DNA of 64,000 bases from Lingula anatina (GCA_051362555.1 CM120645.1:1364001-1428000); one strand, 5' to 3'. Positions 1 to 13,409 are shown, counted from the stretch's first letter. The notes: generated by a model from the sequence alone, not told the origin. Numbers and translations: made by a program.

Positions 1-726
1 TTGGTTTGACTGGTTTAATATGAGCAATCATGTGCCATACAAACACACGCACACACAAACATGCACGCACACATTAGATGGTAGACAAATCTATTACATG
101 TCATAGATTGTAGTGATTAATAGGGAAATTAAGAAATGTCTAGATCTTGTAACCTTGGTCATTACATAAACAACAAGTATTCAACAAGTTGGAACAGATA
201 ATAAAGTATTATGCTATACAATTGGCTATACAATGCTTTCTTTGAGGAATATTTTCAACATCTCTGTCAGACAAGGTTCTGTGATGTTTTCTGCCAGAAT
301 GTCCTGGTTCTGCTGCAGAACTGAAATAATAAATAAGTTATATTTTTTTAAAAAATCTGTTTCTTCTAAATGCTTCACATTTGTAAATAAATTAAGTAGT
401 TCTTGGTTTTTTCTTTTTTTTAACAAATGCCTTCGTGCTTCTTCATCTCTTTGTTCTCAATCAACTGTTCTTCTTTAAATGCTAAACATTTTTCAAGAAC
501 TTAAAATGGACTCATTTAAATTTGACAGCATAGAAAACAAAATGTCAACAATAAAATACAAACCACACATTTTGCAGACAAATATTTACCTGTTGTCCAT
601 GATGGGGGAAAAATTAACTCTCCGTCAATTTCTTCACCAGATTTTTCTCGTGGCACTTTTGCTGGTCTCCTGGTGTGGTTGAAGGCTGGTCTATCACCTC
701 CCCAAAAAAGAGAGCCCCTCACTTAC

Positions 727-1009
727 ACAGTAGGGGCACACCAGGTACTTGTCTATGGGTAATTTAGTAAAGGCATTGTTACGTATGGAGCCAGAATATT
801 CTAAGCCCCTTCATCCTGCTGATATCCACTGGTATGTCAGATAGCTGGTTGTTATCCAGGTACAACTCCTCTAGGTTAGTCAAGCCACACAGTGCTATGG
901 GGAATGTAGTGAAGGCATTGTCAGATAGTTCCAACACTGTGAGGTGTGGGAGGTTGGATATGGACTGTGGTAAAGAAGATAACCCGTCCCATGCTGCAGA
1001 TACATGTAC
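727..1009 (-). pseudogene. LRR-encoding exon (typical LRR, ROCO/MFHAS1-like), frameshifted
   Basis: Manual translation LSSLPQSISNLPHLTVLELSDNAFTTFPIALCGLTNLEELYLDNNQLSDIPVDISRMKGLRIFWL, then a stop/frameshift into RNNAFTKLPI. Minus-strand tttttag acceptor and GTAAGT donor flank it. Confidence 0.8.
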
Positions 1010-3334
1010 CTAAAAAGTAAAACAAGTTTGACAGTCTATTTTCCTCTGATGACAGGTACTTTATCTTACAATAACCAAGTCATAACTCAATTGTTGTTTT
1101 TGTCTTTGTCTGAAAAAAAAAGGGTAGAAAAAGAGTGCCATGCACTTCATTTGTTTGAATTAATCAGTTATACACAACAATATTGTATATGGTAATTTTT
1201 TGCCAACAAGTCCACCAATAATTTTTTTCCATGTGGTTTCACTTGACAAGTATTACTGCATCTTTAGATGGTGACAAACTGGAATATTTAATAATAATAA
1301 TAATATTACATATATAAAACTGTTTATGTGACAGTAGTACAATGACAAAAGGCATGTGAACATTTACATGCATGTACTCTGGTAAATCTCGTATTTCAAG
1401 CATTTGAACTCAATGTAAATTTTGTTCAGTAGGCAGTAACTCTATTACCTTATGTAGATTTAATGTGCATTTGGACAAAACATGGGCTATGTGAATAAAA
1501 AATAGGAATACTGTAGACTGATGAAAAGTTGTAAGAATGGGGTATATAAAGGAAACTGTCTTAAAAAATTCTCAAATTAATGTTATAAATTAAAATAATT
1601 AATTTCACTTGCATCGCAAAAGTCTGTGATGAGAATTTTGGGTGGTTATTGTACTCAGAGCAAATTAATGAACTAAAATGGACACAATCTTAAAACTTTT
1701 TTTTACATAAAATGAAACTTAAGCAATATTTCTAATTAAAATGTATTTAAGAACTAAGTTTACATGAAATGAAATTTAGGCAATATATCAGTTCATACAT
1801 GACATAACTTCAGTCTGTTAGTTCTGGATATCTATTAAGATAGGTGAAGCTAGACACCAGCTATTACCAACATTTCTGCTGCTGGAGGTCCTGAGTACCT
1901 GAAATATGAAACAATATAAAATATAAATATAAAACAAACATGGCTATATCAAACTTAAGCTAGACAGTTTTTTTACATTTAGCAGAAACTGGGCCATATT
2001 GTTGAAATTTTTGGAATTGTCAAAAAGTTGTATTTGTTTGTTAGTCTTGAAGTTATGAAAATAATAGTGATTTCTTGACAATGTTTTTTTCTCAGAATGC
2101 TTCCTGCCCCAGTGGCAAGATAGTATGCATTAGAAAGCCAGCCAATCAAAATTGCCATTTAAAATTATAACTTAAGATATAATTACAAGATTAAGAGGCA
2201 CAACCTGAGTGCTAATGATCAAATAAGTAAGTGAATATATAATTAACAGAAATTACCAAGTTAAAAACTTTACTTTTAGTGTTTTTAAAACTAAGCTTCC
2301 TAAATGAGCACTTCCCAAATTGAGAAGACAATTGTAAAATAAGGATCCAATAGTTGCCTATACTTCCTACATCACAGTGTTAAACTCATTGAATAGAATT
2401 GATATAATACATAAAGGTATTATTGCTATGAAGTGTGTTTTTACCTTCAGGAACTTGTACAAATGTCTCAGTTGCCTCTTCTGACAAATCAACCCACTGT
2501 GACTTGAGTTCAGCATCTCTGACATGTCAAATAAATAGAGCACATTCAGAAAAGTTGATCCCTGGACTAACTGATCTGATCAATTGGTTGGGTATGTTAA
2601 TTGTTAGAAGCCAATGTCCAAATATTCAGATACAAGGCCCTTGTCTATTTTCGTGTGCCAAAAAGACAGATGCCTATGACTTACTTTAATATCAAAATCT
2701 TTGAAAGAATTATTCATGTCAACCCTATTAAATATTAAGATTATAAGATTATATTGTGCACTGGTTCATAAATCAACATGTTTGTTGTTGATGTCGTAGA
2801 AGTTCAATGTTAAAAACGAGGCCTGTATATCTGGGTACATCAAAATGCATTCTGGGAGTTTTCTAGGCCCTCTGCCCATCCCAACAGATCAAGCCGTTAC
2901 ACCTGCAAATTTCCTTAATTAAGTTATCTGTACATCACTGGAAATATCTACGTATTGTTCTCTTGACAGAAGCTATTAAATGCTTAATACACCATATGTT
3001 GGAGAAGATATTAATAATTAGCATTTATAATCAGTTCTGTAATATTTGGCCCTAATGATGAAAACTTCTATAACTGCTGCACCAACACTTCCATTTGCCT
3101 CATAGTATCTCTTCTACTGCATCCCCAGTAAAGTTTGCTTTGAACAGCATGTTAAAGCCGATATTAGAATCTTAGAATTTTTATAATATTCAGCAATTAT
3201 TAATGTTATAGTAAATAATCCATTATGATTATGGACTGAGCAGAATAGGCAATTTTGATCGCTGTGACATCAACATTACATTCTAGCAATACAAAATATT
3301 GTAACCAAGAACAAAAAATCCCTACAAATCTTAC

Positions 3335-4271
3335 CTCATCCTCTGTAACACTTCTTATTTCCTTGCAAGGTATTTGATTTTCCCTGTCTGTATTTCCAAG
3401 TTCTTCTCCAGTTTCTTATCAGCATCTTTCATCAACTCTAATTCTCTCTCTGGAATGGTATTTTAATGTTTTTAAATATTAAACTATGTTATGCATCTGT
3501 TCACAGTCTGTGGGAAGTTTTACTAAAATTATCCATATTCTCTCACTGATTCTAAAAGTTTCCCTTTATTCAAACTTGAAAAGGTCTTTTTTAAATCAAA
3601 CTGGGCATTTTTCAGAAAATGTGAACACCTGTCATTTTCAGTAGTTATAATTATTGTCATTTTTTTTTGTTTCACAGTGTTTCCATCACAAAATACTAGT
3701 GGGTCTGAGATTAGAATTTTGCCGGGAAATGGAGGGACTCAAAGCTAAAAAATATGTCCACTGAAGCAAGGCAAATATAAAGGCAGATGAAGAAAAGTTT
3801 ACTGCCATTGATGTATTTGTGGGACAAAATGTTGGCAAAGTCACTCAGTTTCATCTTGGTTCACTCATCCTTTTAAGAAAGGAGGGGGGGGGGGGTGCCT
3901 TGGAAAGTAAGCGGGATATGTCAATGTGCAGAAAATTTAACTTAAAGTTTGTGGCAAGGAAATCATAGGAGTTTGCAAAAAAAAAATGGTATTGCTGCTA
4001 ATTATAATTTGCTGCTAATTTTACTAAGGATTAAACATCAAAACTTAATTTTTAATTATCAAATAAAAAAAAATTCAGACTAACTCAAGTTCTGGTTTTC
4101 TATCATGGTCTCCACCAGCTGCTCCTGGAGTTGTGTCAATTGTGACTCATAGATGGCAACACTGTCATCAGGGACTGAAGCTGTTTTTGTGCTCTCGTCC
4201 ATCTTCTTGGATTTGTAGTCAGAGTCACTGGTTTCTTCTGTCACTGAGGACATGCATTCTGTTGGCTCCTG
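3335..4271 (-). pseudogene. Two coiled-coil exons (4085-4271, 3335-3449), reminiscent of the invertebrate GRAMD4 N-terminus
   Basis: AG/GT-bounded, phase-1 compatible exons reading ...DDSVAIYESQLTQLQEQLVETMIENQNL/KRELELMKDADKKLEKNLEIQ. There is an in-frame stop late in the second exon and a probable upstream exon with a GTAAG donor near 5091. The GRAMD4 resemblance is from memory only. Confidence 0.5.
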
Positions 4272-5609
4272 CTGAAAATAATGTTACATGTGCATAAAAG
4301 TTTAACAGTTTTATTTTTCACTTTAAATTACCAAGATTCACTAGTGGAAGTTCATCAAATATTGTAACTTTTCTGTGAACAACTTAAAAACAAATTTATA
4401 ATTACAAAACTGACTACAGTCTAGTTAAAGATTATGAATACTGGCAGTACATGGTCACTGAATGACTTAAATATTCTGAAAACATAACATAAAGATCATT
4501 TGTACAAAAAAACACACCAGGATGTCAACATTTTTCTAAAGCTACCTCATCAATATCAAAACTGTAGGTCATTTTGGCCTCCTCTTCTTTGTACATGAGG
4601 CATGCAGTAAAATATAATATTTAATAGTAATATAGTAGTAATATATAAGCAAAACACATAAATAATTAAATAACACGATTACACATATATACTGTTCAAT
4701 CACAAAAGTATACACTGATGTCAAGTCAATGAAGTTCTTAAAAATAACGCGATACTAAAGGGGGGGGGGGGGGTAAATACAAAGACAGTCTGATTTTATC
4801 GACAAACTGTAACCTAAGAAAAAAGTTTGAGCAAGGATGTTTACAGGACCCCCTCATCCTTTAATACATATTTTATCGTCATGAAAATGTTCATGTTCCT
4901 GCATCTTTTATTTGAGGAAGAGCGTTTATCTTCAGATTTCACAATATACACTGTACAGGTACATGTTTATTATCCGCCCACTCAATGAATCTTAATCCGC
5001 ACTGGTTGACCTACAAAGCAAGCTACCTCAGATATCTATCCACCGATGTAACACTGTAAAATTCAAACTAAAACTGTCTCTGTAAAACTTACCTTCCTGA
5101 AGGGAAAACGTTGTCCATTTGTCATGGTATGCACCCTTGCCGTCATCAATCGCATGTTTCGGTCGGCATCGCTTTGTTTTCGTTCGTGGTTTTGGAGACA
5201 GTCGATAGATGGCGAACAATAGCAAGTGGTACCATTTGCGCAGTTGGATTTTAATGTAGTTTAACATTGGCGGATTTAGAAGGGGTGTCGGGGGTGAGGG
5301 TGGGGGTCCTAACCCAACACTTCGATTTCTGGTCCCCTCGTGAAATTGAAATTTTGACTAGCTGAATCAAAGCTCTAAACCGGAGTATCTTGAATCCGCC
5401 CGTGTAAAAGTATGTACAGGTACATGTAGTTCGATAACAATCTTGTATATTTAATTAATATGAACATTAACACACATCGTTTACTTAAAATCCGGTAACT
5501 ACATCAATAAAGAGTATTTTTGTCCATTTTGTCCATCTGGGATTTTTAGATTATCTACACTCGATATTAAGTTTGAGGTATAAAGGAAAGGTATGGCATG
5601 AGATGTGTT

Positions 5610-6025
5610 GCAATATTCAATTAATATATGTTTCATTACATTTAAAATTTTTCCATTCAATGTTTCTCTTTTTTTTTTTTTTTTTTTTGTTCAATCTTGT
5701 TTTATTTTTTATGCAAAAAATTGCTTCATGTAATGTTGTTTCTCATGCAATATTATTTTTCATACAATGTTGTTTCATTTTTTCATGCAATAAAATTTTA
5801 TTTCAATTCAATTTTGTTTCGTTTTTTATGAAATATTTTTTTATTCAAATTTGTTTGCAAATTTTCATGCAATATTCTTTTTTTTTTTTTCATGCAATGT
5901 TGTTTCAAATTTTTATGCAATAATTTTTTTCATTCAATATTGTTTATAATTTTTATGCAAAGTTTTTCATTCAATTTTGTTTCATTTTTTATGCAATAAT
6001 TTTTTTCATACAATGTTGTTTTGTT
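5610..6025. repeat. Degenerate AT-rich minisatellite
   Basis: Repeated ttttcattcaat(g/t)ttgtttc / ttttatgcaa units. Confidence 0.75.
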
Positions 6026-8051
6026 TTGATACAGTGTATGTTTACTACCGATAGATTGTGCTTCGTTCTATGCATGCCAGTAATAGGACATTCAGAGTAC
6101 AATGTCTTTCTAGCGTCAACTTTCACTTTGACACTATTTCACGCCCTATCAAACTAAATTGCATAACTTAAATATATCACATTTACCATCTCGCCCACTC
6201 TTCAACATCAATTAACGAAATAAAATGACAAACGCAATATGTAGGTTATCTGGTATTAGGCCAGTTAAGGCCGCTTTTATTTTTTCCAAATCCAAAATGA
6301 GATGTATTAAATTTTATTTCAACAAATTGGGAATGTGTTCAAAATTGTAATCGTCCAGCGTTATTGACGTAATGAATATTTTCCTTTTGATTGTGAAACC
6401 AAACAATTACCCCAATCCTTTCCATTTCCGTCCAATAAAAAATGAAATTTCCGTAGTACTGGTAGTTGCTTCCTAACAAAATTATGCTTGAACTTACTTA
6501 CTATCGAAATTTTAGTTAACCGAATTTCAATTATATTCTGCTAATTTCCGACTAACAAAACGATTACCGTAACCTTTTGCTTTACAACATGACAAATTTA
6601 CAACAGTTACAACATTAGTCATTCACAACGTTTAAGAATAGCCACCGCGGATTCTAGAACTTAAGCCCAGATTACATTAACTGCCTTCCGTACGGCATAA
6701 ACCTTTTAGCTTGAAGATCGATACGTTGGCGGTGCAGTTGCGCCCTTACAGTTTTTCACCCGTGGTCGGAATAATAAAAACAGTAATTAAAATTCATGCC
6801 AGCAAATAACACATTTTAAACATCTTTACTGTGGAGGTACAAGGCAGCCAACATCCTAAAAGACAAGATGCTTGTAGATAGAGAGAGACTGTTGTTATCC
6901 GCCCTAAACCACCAAAGGTGGAAAGGAACCAGTCCAACAACAGGTTTCACCATTATCACCATCACGGCAAGTCCACCGCACAATGTCCTTGCGAGAGATG
7001 TGCAATGCCAACTACGATAATGTAATTTCAAAAAAATTGTCAAAAAATTTAACTTGACAAAATTGTAGAGCCCATGGTGACTGTGAAACCGCACGATTTC
7101 GCCCAGACGCCGAAAGAAAAGTGATCACGGGCATGTGCAGTATGTGTGTAACGTGCGGACATCGCATGGCAATTTATAATCTACGCAAACAAAATCAAGT
7201 TGTTAATAACTTAGCGTTAATCACTTAGAAAAAAAAGAAGTGGTATGCTTCTTTGTATGTGTTCTAAAATCGTAGGGGTGAGGGGGGCCTGCACCGACAA
7301 CGTATCAATCTTCAAGGAAACAGTGCAGAAGGCGTTCAAAAACTGCACTGAGACTGAAAGGGCTTCGTGTCCTTATTTTTTAGCCGAAAAATGATTTTAC
7401 TTGACCTCAAGGTCATGTCGGAAAAAAGGCACGGCTCTCGCGCGTTATGTAAAATTTTTGCCGTAGCCATTTATGATGTCAAAAAATTGGAAAATTGGTT
7501 ACCAATGTGGCTAACTAATCCAAGATTTATATAAATATTCTCCTATTATAAATTATGCTTAATTCAAATAAAATAATGTAATCGAGATACCCTGAAATGT
7601 ACCTTACACCAATCATCAAATAATCGATTAATCATAAATCCTTACACAATGTTCAGTGGATGATGCAATTCATGAATACAATTTGTTCAGTTTCTGAAAT
7701 AAAATTGAAGAGAATGCATAATTACATGTACATGAAATTAATGCATTGCCTTTTGCAAATTATCAAACTCTAAGTCGTCTAATTTTATTTATCAAATTGA
7801 TAACAAATTACTTAATTATGAAGAAAATCATGCTATATAGTTTACAAACATCTCACAAAGATCAATTTACATTTATAATACCAAACATACACTACTAGTA
7901 CAAGACCTGTGACTGTTTTAGCAGTGAATCAAAAAGAGAACCAAAGCTAATCCTTTACTCTCTACCAGGACCACAAATTGATATTTCACTACAAATTCAC
8001 GGATCTTTCTCTTGCCAATTCTATACACTTATCTGTACTGTCAAGCAAGAC

Positions 8052-8600
8052 CAGGCCTAACCAACTACCAGACTCGGCACCTAAGGATCCTGAATTAACC
8101 GGTTTATCGGACCACACTACCCGTTTTCAAGGTGTGTGTCAGATCGCATTTCGGAGTATCAGTCAGAACACCGACAGGATGAGCCCACGCTCGGCTGTCA
8201 CCTTGATTGGATAGTAAACGATTGTCGTATTTAATCGCTATATGATTTTAAAACCGGGTGCATAAATTTGAAAGCCACCTAGATGAACCTTAGACTGCCA
8301 CATTAATCTAATACAATGCAAAAAAGCCCTATCAAAAGTGGTTAAAACATTCAAATCGAATGTCGTAAAGTCCCCATATACCCCCATAGAGACAATGAAA
8401 TAGAGTACTCTAAAGTAAGAGTACAGTTTAAGGTTGTTCAGCCGAGCGTGGATGAGCCTGCAGTCGTCCTACAAAATTTGTTCTGGAGTATGATACTCCG
8501 AAATGCGATCTGACACACACCTTGAAAACGGGTAGTGTGGTCCGATAAACCGGTTAATTCAGGATCCATAGGTGCCGAGTCTGGTAGTTGGTTAGGCCTG
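8052..8600. mobile_element. MITE with ~110-bp TIRs and a 5-bp TSD (hAT5-like)
   Basis: CAGGCCTAACCAACTACCAGAC... at 8052-8161 is the near-perfect reverse complement of 8491-8600. AAGAC lies on both flanks. Confidence 0.9.
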
Positions 8601-9108
8601 AAGACTCTATGTAGGGACATTGCTATGGCCTCTTGTATAAAGCTCTCGTCTGCTGCATGCACGAATACAGAATAAAGCGTCATGATAACCCAAACTAAAG
8701 AGCACTCAAAAACCCCGCAATACTCCACCGCCAAATTCGGATCACTTCTCAATATTAATTAATCAAATAAAGAGCCTCCACCAAAAGCTAACCGCTTCTA
8801 AGTTGGCTCATTTATGACTTGTACTAAACAGTTTATCAAAGTGGGCCCAGAACTTTTTGAGTTAGGCTGTTAACTTGAAAACAAACCAAGGGCAAAACGA
8901 AAACTTGTTGCGAGGGTCATGACGTCCACATAACTATTTCAGAATAATTTTGCTGAATCGTAAAACTGTAACTGTTTTTTTAAACTTAATAATAATTAAA
9001 AACGATAAATTACAAAACAAAAATGAAAAATCTTAGATATCCGTCTATAGATTGATAAGTCAAAGTAGTGCCCAATCCTATATCATTCTTTTATAATCTA
9101 ACCCCTTG

Positions 9109-9682
9109 TTAGAAATCCCACACCGCTGCCACCAGCGCCATTAACATCAAAAGTGTAACGTTACCGACATGACTGTTTCCTTGGCTCTGCTTCGGGGTTG
9201 ACAGCGTGGTCCCTCCGTAAAATGGCGGTACGGAGGTGTGGATCGTGGCGTTCTTCATGCAGGCAGAGAACGATCCTGAGCGTATACCCACTGGTCCTCC
9301 GGAAATCTTCAACTGCACGTTTTGTAGAGCGTTTTCCATCCATGCTTGTACTTGGTCGAACATGTTGCGACCTTCCTCGTAGTCGGCTAGTCTCATGCGA
9401 AGAGTGACCATTGTTTCAAGGACAAAGATGATGGACGTGTTATCCGCGCCGTGTTTCTGACCACAGTAGCGAACACTTGCCTGCACAGCTCTCAGCATAG
9501 ATACCAGGCCACCATCATGTATGATATCTCCACAGCCATCTCTAGGAGTTGGAACCCAGCCACACGGTTCAAAATGTAAGAGAACGAGTGACCGCACTAC
9601 CGTGAAATTGTACAGAAGGGGGCGGCAGCCCTGGGCATCAGGAACAAAACCAGGGGGGCACACTTGCTGCTGATCTACAGGC
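9109..9682 (-). CDS. Probable terminal exon of a Cys-containing membrane- or GPI-anchored protein
   Basis: 207-aa open frame with higher GC than its flanks. Acceptor tcttcattccag near 9683, VCPPGFVPDAQGCRPL motif and hydrophobic C-terminus LLMLMALVAAVWDF. No upstream exons found. Confidence 0.45.
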
Positions 9683-9721
9683 TGGAATGAAGACACGTGT
9701 GAAGATGTACATTGTATATAT

Positions 9722-10274
9722 ATATATGTCAAAGGCCCAGACCAAAACCAAATCTAGTCCTATGCCTAAAAAGCCCACACCCCGTGTTTATCACGCCCTG
9801 GCAGTGCCCATTCTTTATGGTGTCTTTGTATTGTTAACAGCATAATGGGCAAGTTAAATGACAAAGTTAATTGCCCATGCTGCCAGTTTGTTTAAATGGC
9901 ATATGCAGGGGATGTCTTAGATCAAGGCACATATTATGATACTTATAGGTATGGCAAATGAGATATACCTGGATTTCATTACCTGTGATTTGTAAAATAC
10001 ATCTGAGGATGATACTTTTAAAGATGTTCAATGTTTAAAGAAAAGACATGTAGATTGATTTAGTAACATTTACTAAAGAAACCTAAGACATCCCCTGCAC
10101 ATGCCATACCAACAAACTGGCAGCTTGGCCAATAAACTTGGTCAATTAAAATCCCCATTATGCTGTTAACAATGCAAATACACCATAAAGAATGGGCCCA
10201 GCCAAGGCGTAATAAACATGGGGTCTGGGCTTTTCAGGCATAGGACAAGATTTGGTCCGTGCCTTTGACATATA
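9722..10274. mobile_element. MITE with ~200-bp imperfect TIRs
   Basis: tatatgtcaaaggc...gatgtcttag (9722-9920) is inversely repeated as ctaagacatc...gcctttgacatata (10083-10274). Confidence 0.8.
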
Positions 10275-11215
10275 CAGATACAAGGTTTTACGCCATATGG
10301 CTCAGGGAGGCATTTAACATTCATAAAGTCGAGAAAAAAAACTTCTGACAATAATTACATCAGAATATTAACATGACAAATGAGGGAAAGAATAAATGAA
10401 GTAATAATTTACAATCTTTTATCTAAATGCAATTTCAATCATCATCCGCATTATTTATGACTATTGCAGTTCTTTTTCTCACCCTAGTAATGACGTCATC
10501 ATTCTGTTCCTTGTCTTGGTCTCCCAGGTACAATAGGGCGCGGAGAGAGAGACCGAAATGTCTTTCCGGTTGCGGTGTGAAATTCTGATCTGAATATAAC
10601 ATTAAAATTAGTAAATTAATTAGTGAATTAATAAGCTCGGCAAACAACGTGTTCTTCAACCGGCCTGGTTGTTGTAGTTTACACAACTAGATTTATTTGC
10701 TTTAGAACCGCGTTAAGATTGAAATATCGTACCAATTGGATCGAGTCAATCTCGCTAAAATGCATTCAGTGTAATCATCCTTATTGTCTGACATGCCTCC
10801 TTGAGTAGCAATTTAATTAGTTAATTACTCCCTAGCAAATCAAAAAGGTGCGTGAGACATTAAAGCCCCTTTTTAAATAAAAAATCTGCCATTTTTGATG
10901 TGCAAAAATATGCTCACATTTACATGTAGCTTAGAAACTGATTGGTTACTTCATACACAAGTCCACCCTCTTCCTGGTGGGCACTCCTAATAACACCATG
11001 TAATCTAGTTTTAACAGATTACTGGCTTCGAAACAAAGGACATTAAAATTTGAACTGCAAGGTGTGAAGCATTATCTGAACAACTTGTACAACTTGGCTT
11101 CCCCTGTCTGAATTTTATCAAACAATGGCTTCCTCTGATTGAGTTAATACAACAACATGAATGTAAGTTTTAAAAGTACTAATTACACTTTTTCTATACA
11201 CTATGGTTCCTGACA

Positions 11216-11515
11216 ATGTCTAACAACCCTAATGTATTGTCCTATAATGAACAAGGGTTATTAAAATACGATGGGAATGTTATAGAAGGCACCAACATTG
11301 TAGATTTGATGAATGATCTTTTCGTGTCACGTAAAAAGTATATGCCAGCGGGGCTTTCTGTCTTTCTTCAGGGTTTGAAACGTCTAAATGTACCTTTAAA
11401 TACTATTGCGAACATAAAGCGACGGCACCAGATTGCGGATGGAGACACTTCCTCTGCCAAAAGTCAGACAGGTTCTGGGAATTTTCTAAAGTTGGCACCA
11501 TTCAACATATATTGA
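11216..11515 (+). CDS. Conserved Polinton hypothetical protein, C-terminal part
   Basis: Motif YNEQG..KYDG..IEGTNIVDL..D....K..P.G...FL..L...NVP...IAN, which I recognise from Polinton accessory ORFs. AATAAA at 11562. Confidence 0.7.
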   Translation: MSNNPNVLSYNEQGLLKYDGNVIEGTNIVDLMNDLFVSRKKYMPAGLSVFLQGLKRLNVPLNTIANIKRRHQIADGDTSSAKSQTGSGNFLKLAPFNIY

Positions 11516-11572
11516 AGCAACACACACTGTTGTACATGTAAATCATTCTTTATTTTAATTGAATAAACGTAT

Positions 11573-12100
11573 CTAATACATGAATCCTAAAGATTTTTTT
11601 GATTTACAAGTTTGACAATTCGTATTTACAAAGCTGGGTATAATGCAACGCGTATTAACATAATCATGCACTAACATATCATTAAATTGTTTATCAGTTG
11701 TAAAACTTTTAAGTATTTGTGCTAAAGGTTTCCCACGAGAACGGTTCATTAAATAATATATACAGTATTGACCACACACTTTAGTGTAAATGCTCTGTAG
11801 TGCTCTAGAATTACACGTCCATGCAGTTGTAGAGTTTTCATCTAGAAAACGTTCGAACATTTCATCATAATAATCAGGGGGTTGCCCGTAAGAGTCAAAA
11901 AATTCTCCAACCCCATTTTCGTTGAAGTGAAAAGCGACCCAATGTCTGCCAGGACCCGTATGTTTATCTGTATTTGACACAAAACAGGCAGGAAATATCT
12001 GAATTTTCTTAGGCAACGTGTCAGATGCGTATACTCCTTGAAAACAGGCACTCGTAAAAGGATCAGAGTTTAGTATGCAGTCCAATTGTCGAGTATCCAT
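11573..12100 (-). CDS. Adenain-like cysteine (capsid maturation) protease
   Basis: FQGVYASD, NTD...GRHWVAF (His), FFDSYG (Asp), LQS...VCGQYC (Gln/Cys). Intact. Confidence 0.92.
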   Translation of the reverse strand: MDTRQLDCILNSDPFTSACFQGVYASDTLPKKIQIFPACFVSNTDKHTGPGRHWVAFHFNENGVGEFFDSYGQPPDYYDEMFERFLDENSTTAWTCNSRALQSIYTKVCGQYCIYYLMNRSRGKPLAQILKSFTTDKQFNDMLVHDYVNTRCIIPSFVNTNCQTCKSKKSLGFMY

Positions 12101-13407
12101 CAATACTCAATGTAAACACTGCGACGTTGATCAATCTTTATAACAGAATCAAATTCTGCCAAAACAACCAAGACGCTGTTGTTGGTGGCTTTATCAAATT
12201 CTAGATTAATGTTGAGTGTACCTTGTCTTGTTGGTGAAATATAGTTTTCAAAGTTTTTGTCTGCTGTCAGATCGAAGCCAAAAAGCGTGTTTCCGTACAG
12301 GTAATCAAGTCTAGACACATCTATATCACTCTCGCCACCAGCAGCGCCAACTGACAAAAGAAGGTCGTAATAAGCTCTTATATAGTTCAAACCTTCGTTG
12401 ACGGAAAAATCAAAATTATAAGGCTTGAATGGAATTTGCTCCCCTGCCACCGTTAATCGCAAATGCTTTAAATCATTATGGTTAAATAAGAAAGGGCTTT
12501 TGTCATAGACTCCCGAAAAGGCATCATCGTCAACAATTCCAAAAATGATACGTTTCGGCATAGTCCCGATGTAAATATTATCAAGATTAGCATTTCTGAC
12601 TCCGTTAGGCAAATTTATAACCTTTACTTCTTTTCTTGTAAGAGGATAGCAGGCTACATGTTTGGTCAATATACTGTCATGGGCCGATTTCAGCCGATCG
12701 GATACTTTGACTCTCCTCACAAAAAGAGAGATGTTGTTGATCAAAAATTTTTCATTTTTGTCTTTGGTTTCTGACATCAAACAGAATGCATCGGGTGTTC
12801 TTCTTAGCCTGATTCGCACGTCCACGTTGTTCAAAAGTAGTTTTTCTTGATTTGCCAAATCGATTTTCAGTCGACCATACATCTCCACTTTCCTACTACG
12901 CTGAAACCAAAAGTCGCGATCTTGTAACCCCTTGTTTCCAGGGTCGCCACTAACATTTGTACTGTTCATTTGACCGGCAGTGTCTTTATACCACATTTCG
13001 CTAGTAAGCCATGTATCCTTTGCACTTTTTCCGTAGTACAATAGGTTTTCAAGGTAGGCTCGGTAAGCATAATTTTGACCAAGGGTTATCAAATTGTCGT
13101 TAAGCTCAACGTCCACTGATGCAAATAATGAGTGAAGCGTGTTGTTCACGACCGATGTGTTTTGACCAATGTCTAAACTGCTCAAGTCAGCCTTACTGAG
13201 CTGTCCCTCTACATACAAGTTAATTTGAGTGGGGTCGATATATTCGTCAAGTGTGCCTTTGATGACAAACTCAAAGACACTGCTGACCTGTGACACAGCA
13301 GTCGTCGGTCGAATTTCCTCATCTACAGTGCTTTCAATATCCGTTTGATAATGATCCCTAATATTGGTAAATAAATCAAGTTCTGTTTTTACAATTGGGT
13401 CGTTCAT
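12100..13407 (-). CDS. Double jelly-roll major capsid protein (PY/hexon-like)
   Basis: 435 aa with Polinton MCP motifs ELDLF, NNTLHSLF, YAYRAYLENLLYY, Q.KLLLN.VD.RIRL, P.RIIFG.V...AFSG....PF.F and G.TLFGFDLT.D. Confidence 0.92.
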   Translation of the reverse strand: MNDPIVKTELDLFTNIRDHYQTDIESTVDEEIRPTTAVSQVSSVFEFVIKGTLDEYIDPTQINLYVEGQLSKADLSSLDIGQNTSVVNNTLHSLFASVDVELNDNLITLGQNYAYRAYLENLLYYGKSAKDTWLTSEMWYKDTAGQMNSTNVSGDPGNKGLQDRDFWFQRSRKVEMYGRLKIDLANQEKLLLNNVDVRIRLRRTPDAFCLMSETKDKNEKFLINNISLFVRRVKVSDRLKSAHDSILTKHVACYPLTRKEVKVINLPNGVRNANLDNIYIGTMPKRIIFGIVDDDAFSGVYDKSPFLFNHNDLKHLRLTVAGEQIPFKPYNFDFSVNEGLNYIRAYYDLLLSVGAAGGESDIDVSRLDYLYGNTLFGFDLTADKNFENYISPTRQGTLNINLEFDKATNNSVLVVLAEFDSVIKIDQRRSVYIEY

Positions 13408-13409
13408 GT

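Noticed and set aside
226-480. Short charged ORF on the minus strand
   Set aside because: It may be a retroelement ORF1 or exon remnant, but it has no diagnostic motif.
7978-8752. Two ORFs sharing RPNQLPDSAP.DPELTGL...
   Set aside because: The shared peptide is only the MITE TIR read on opposite strands.
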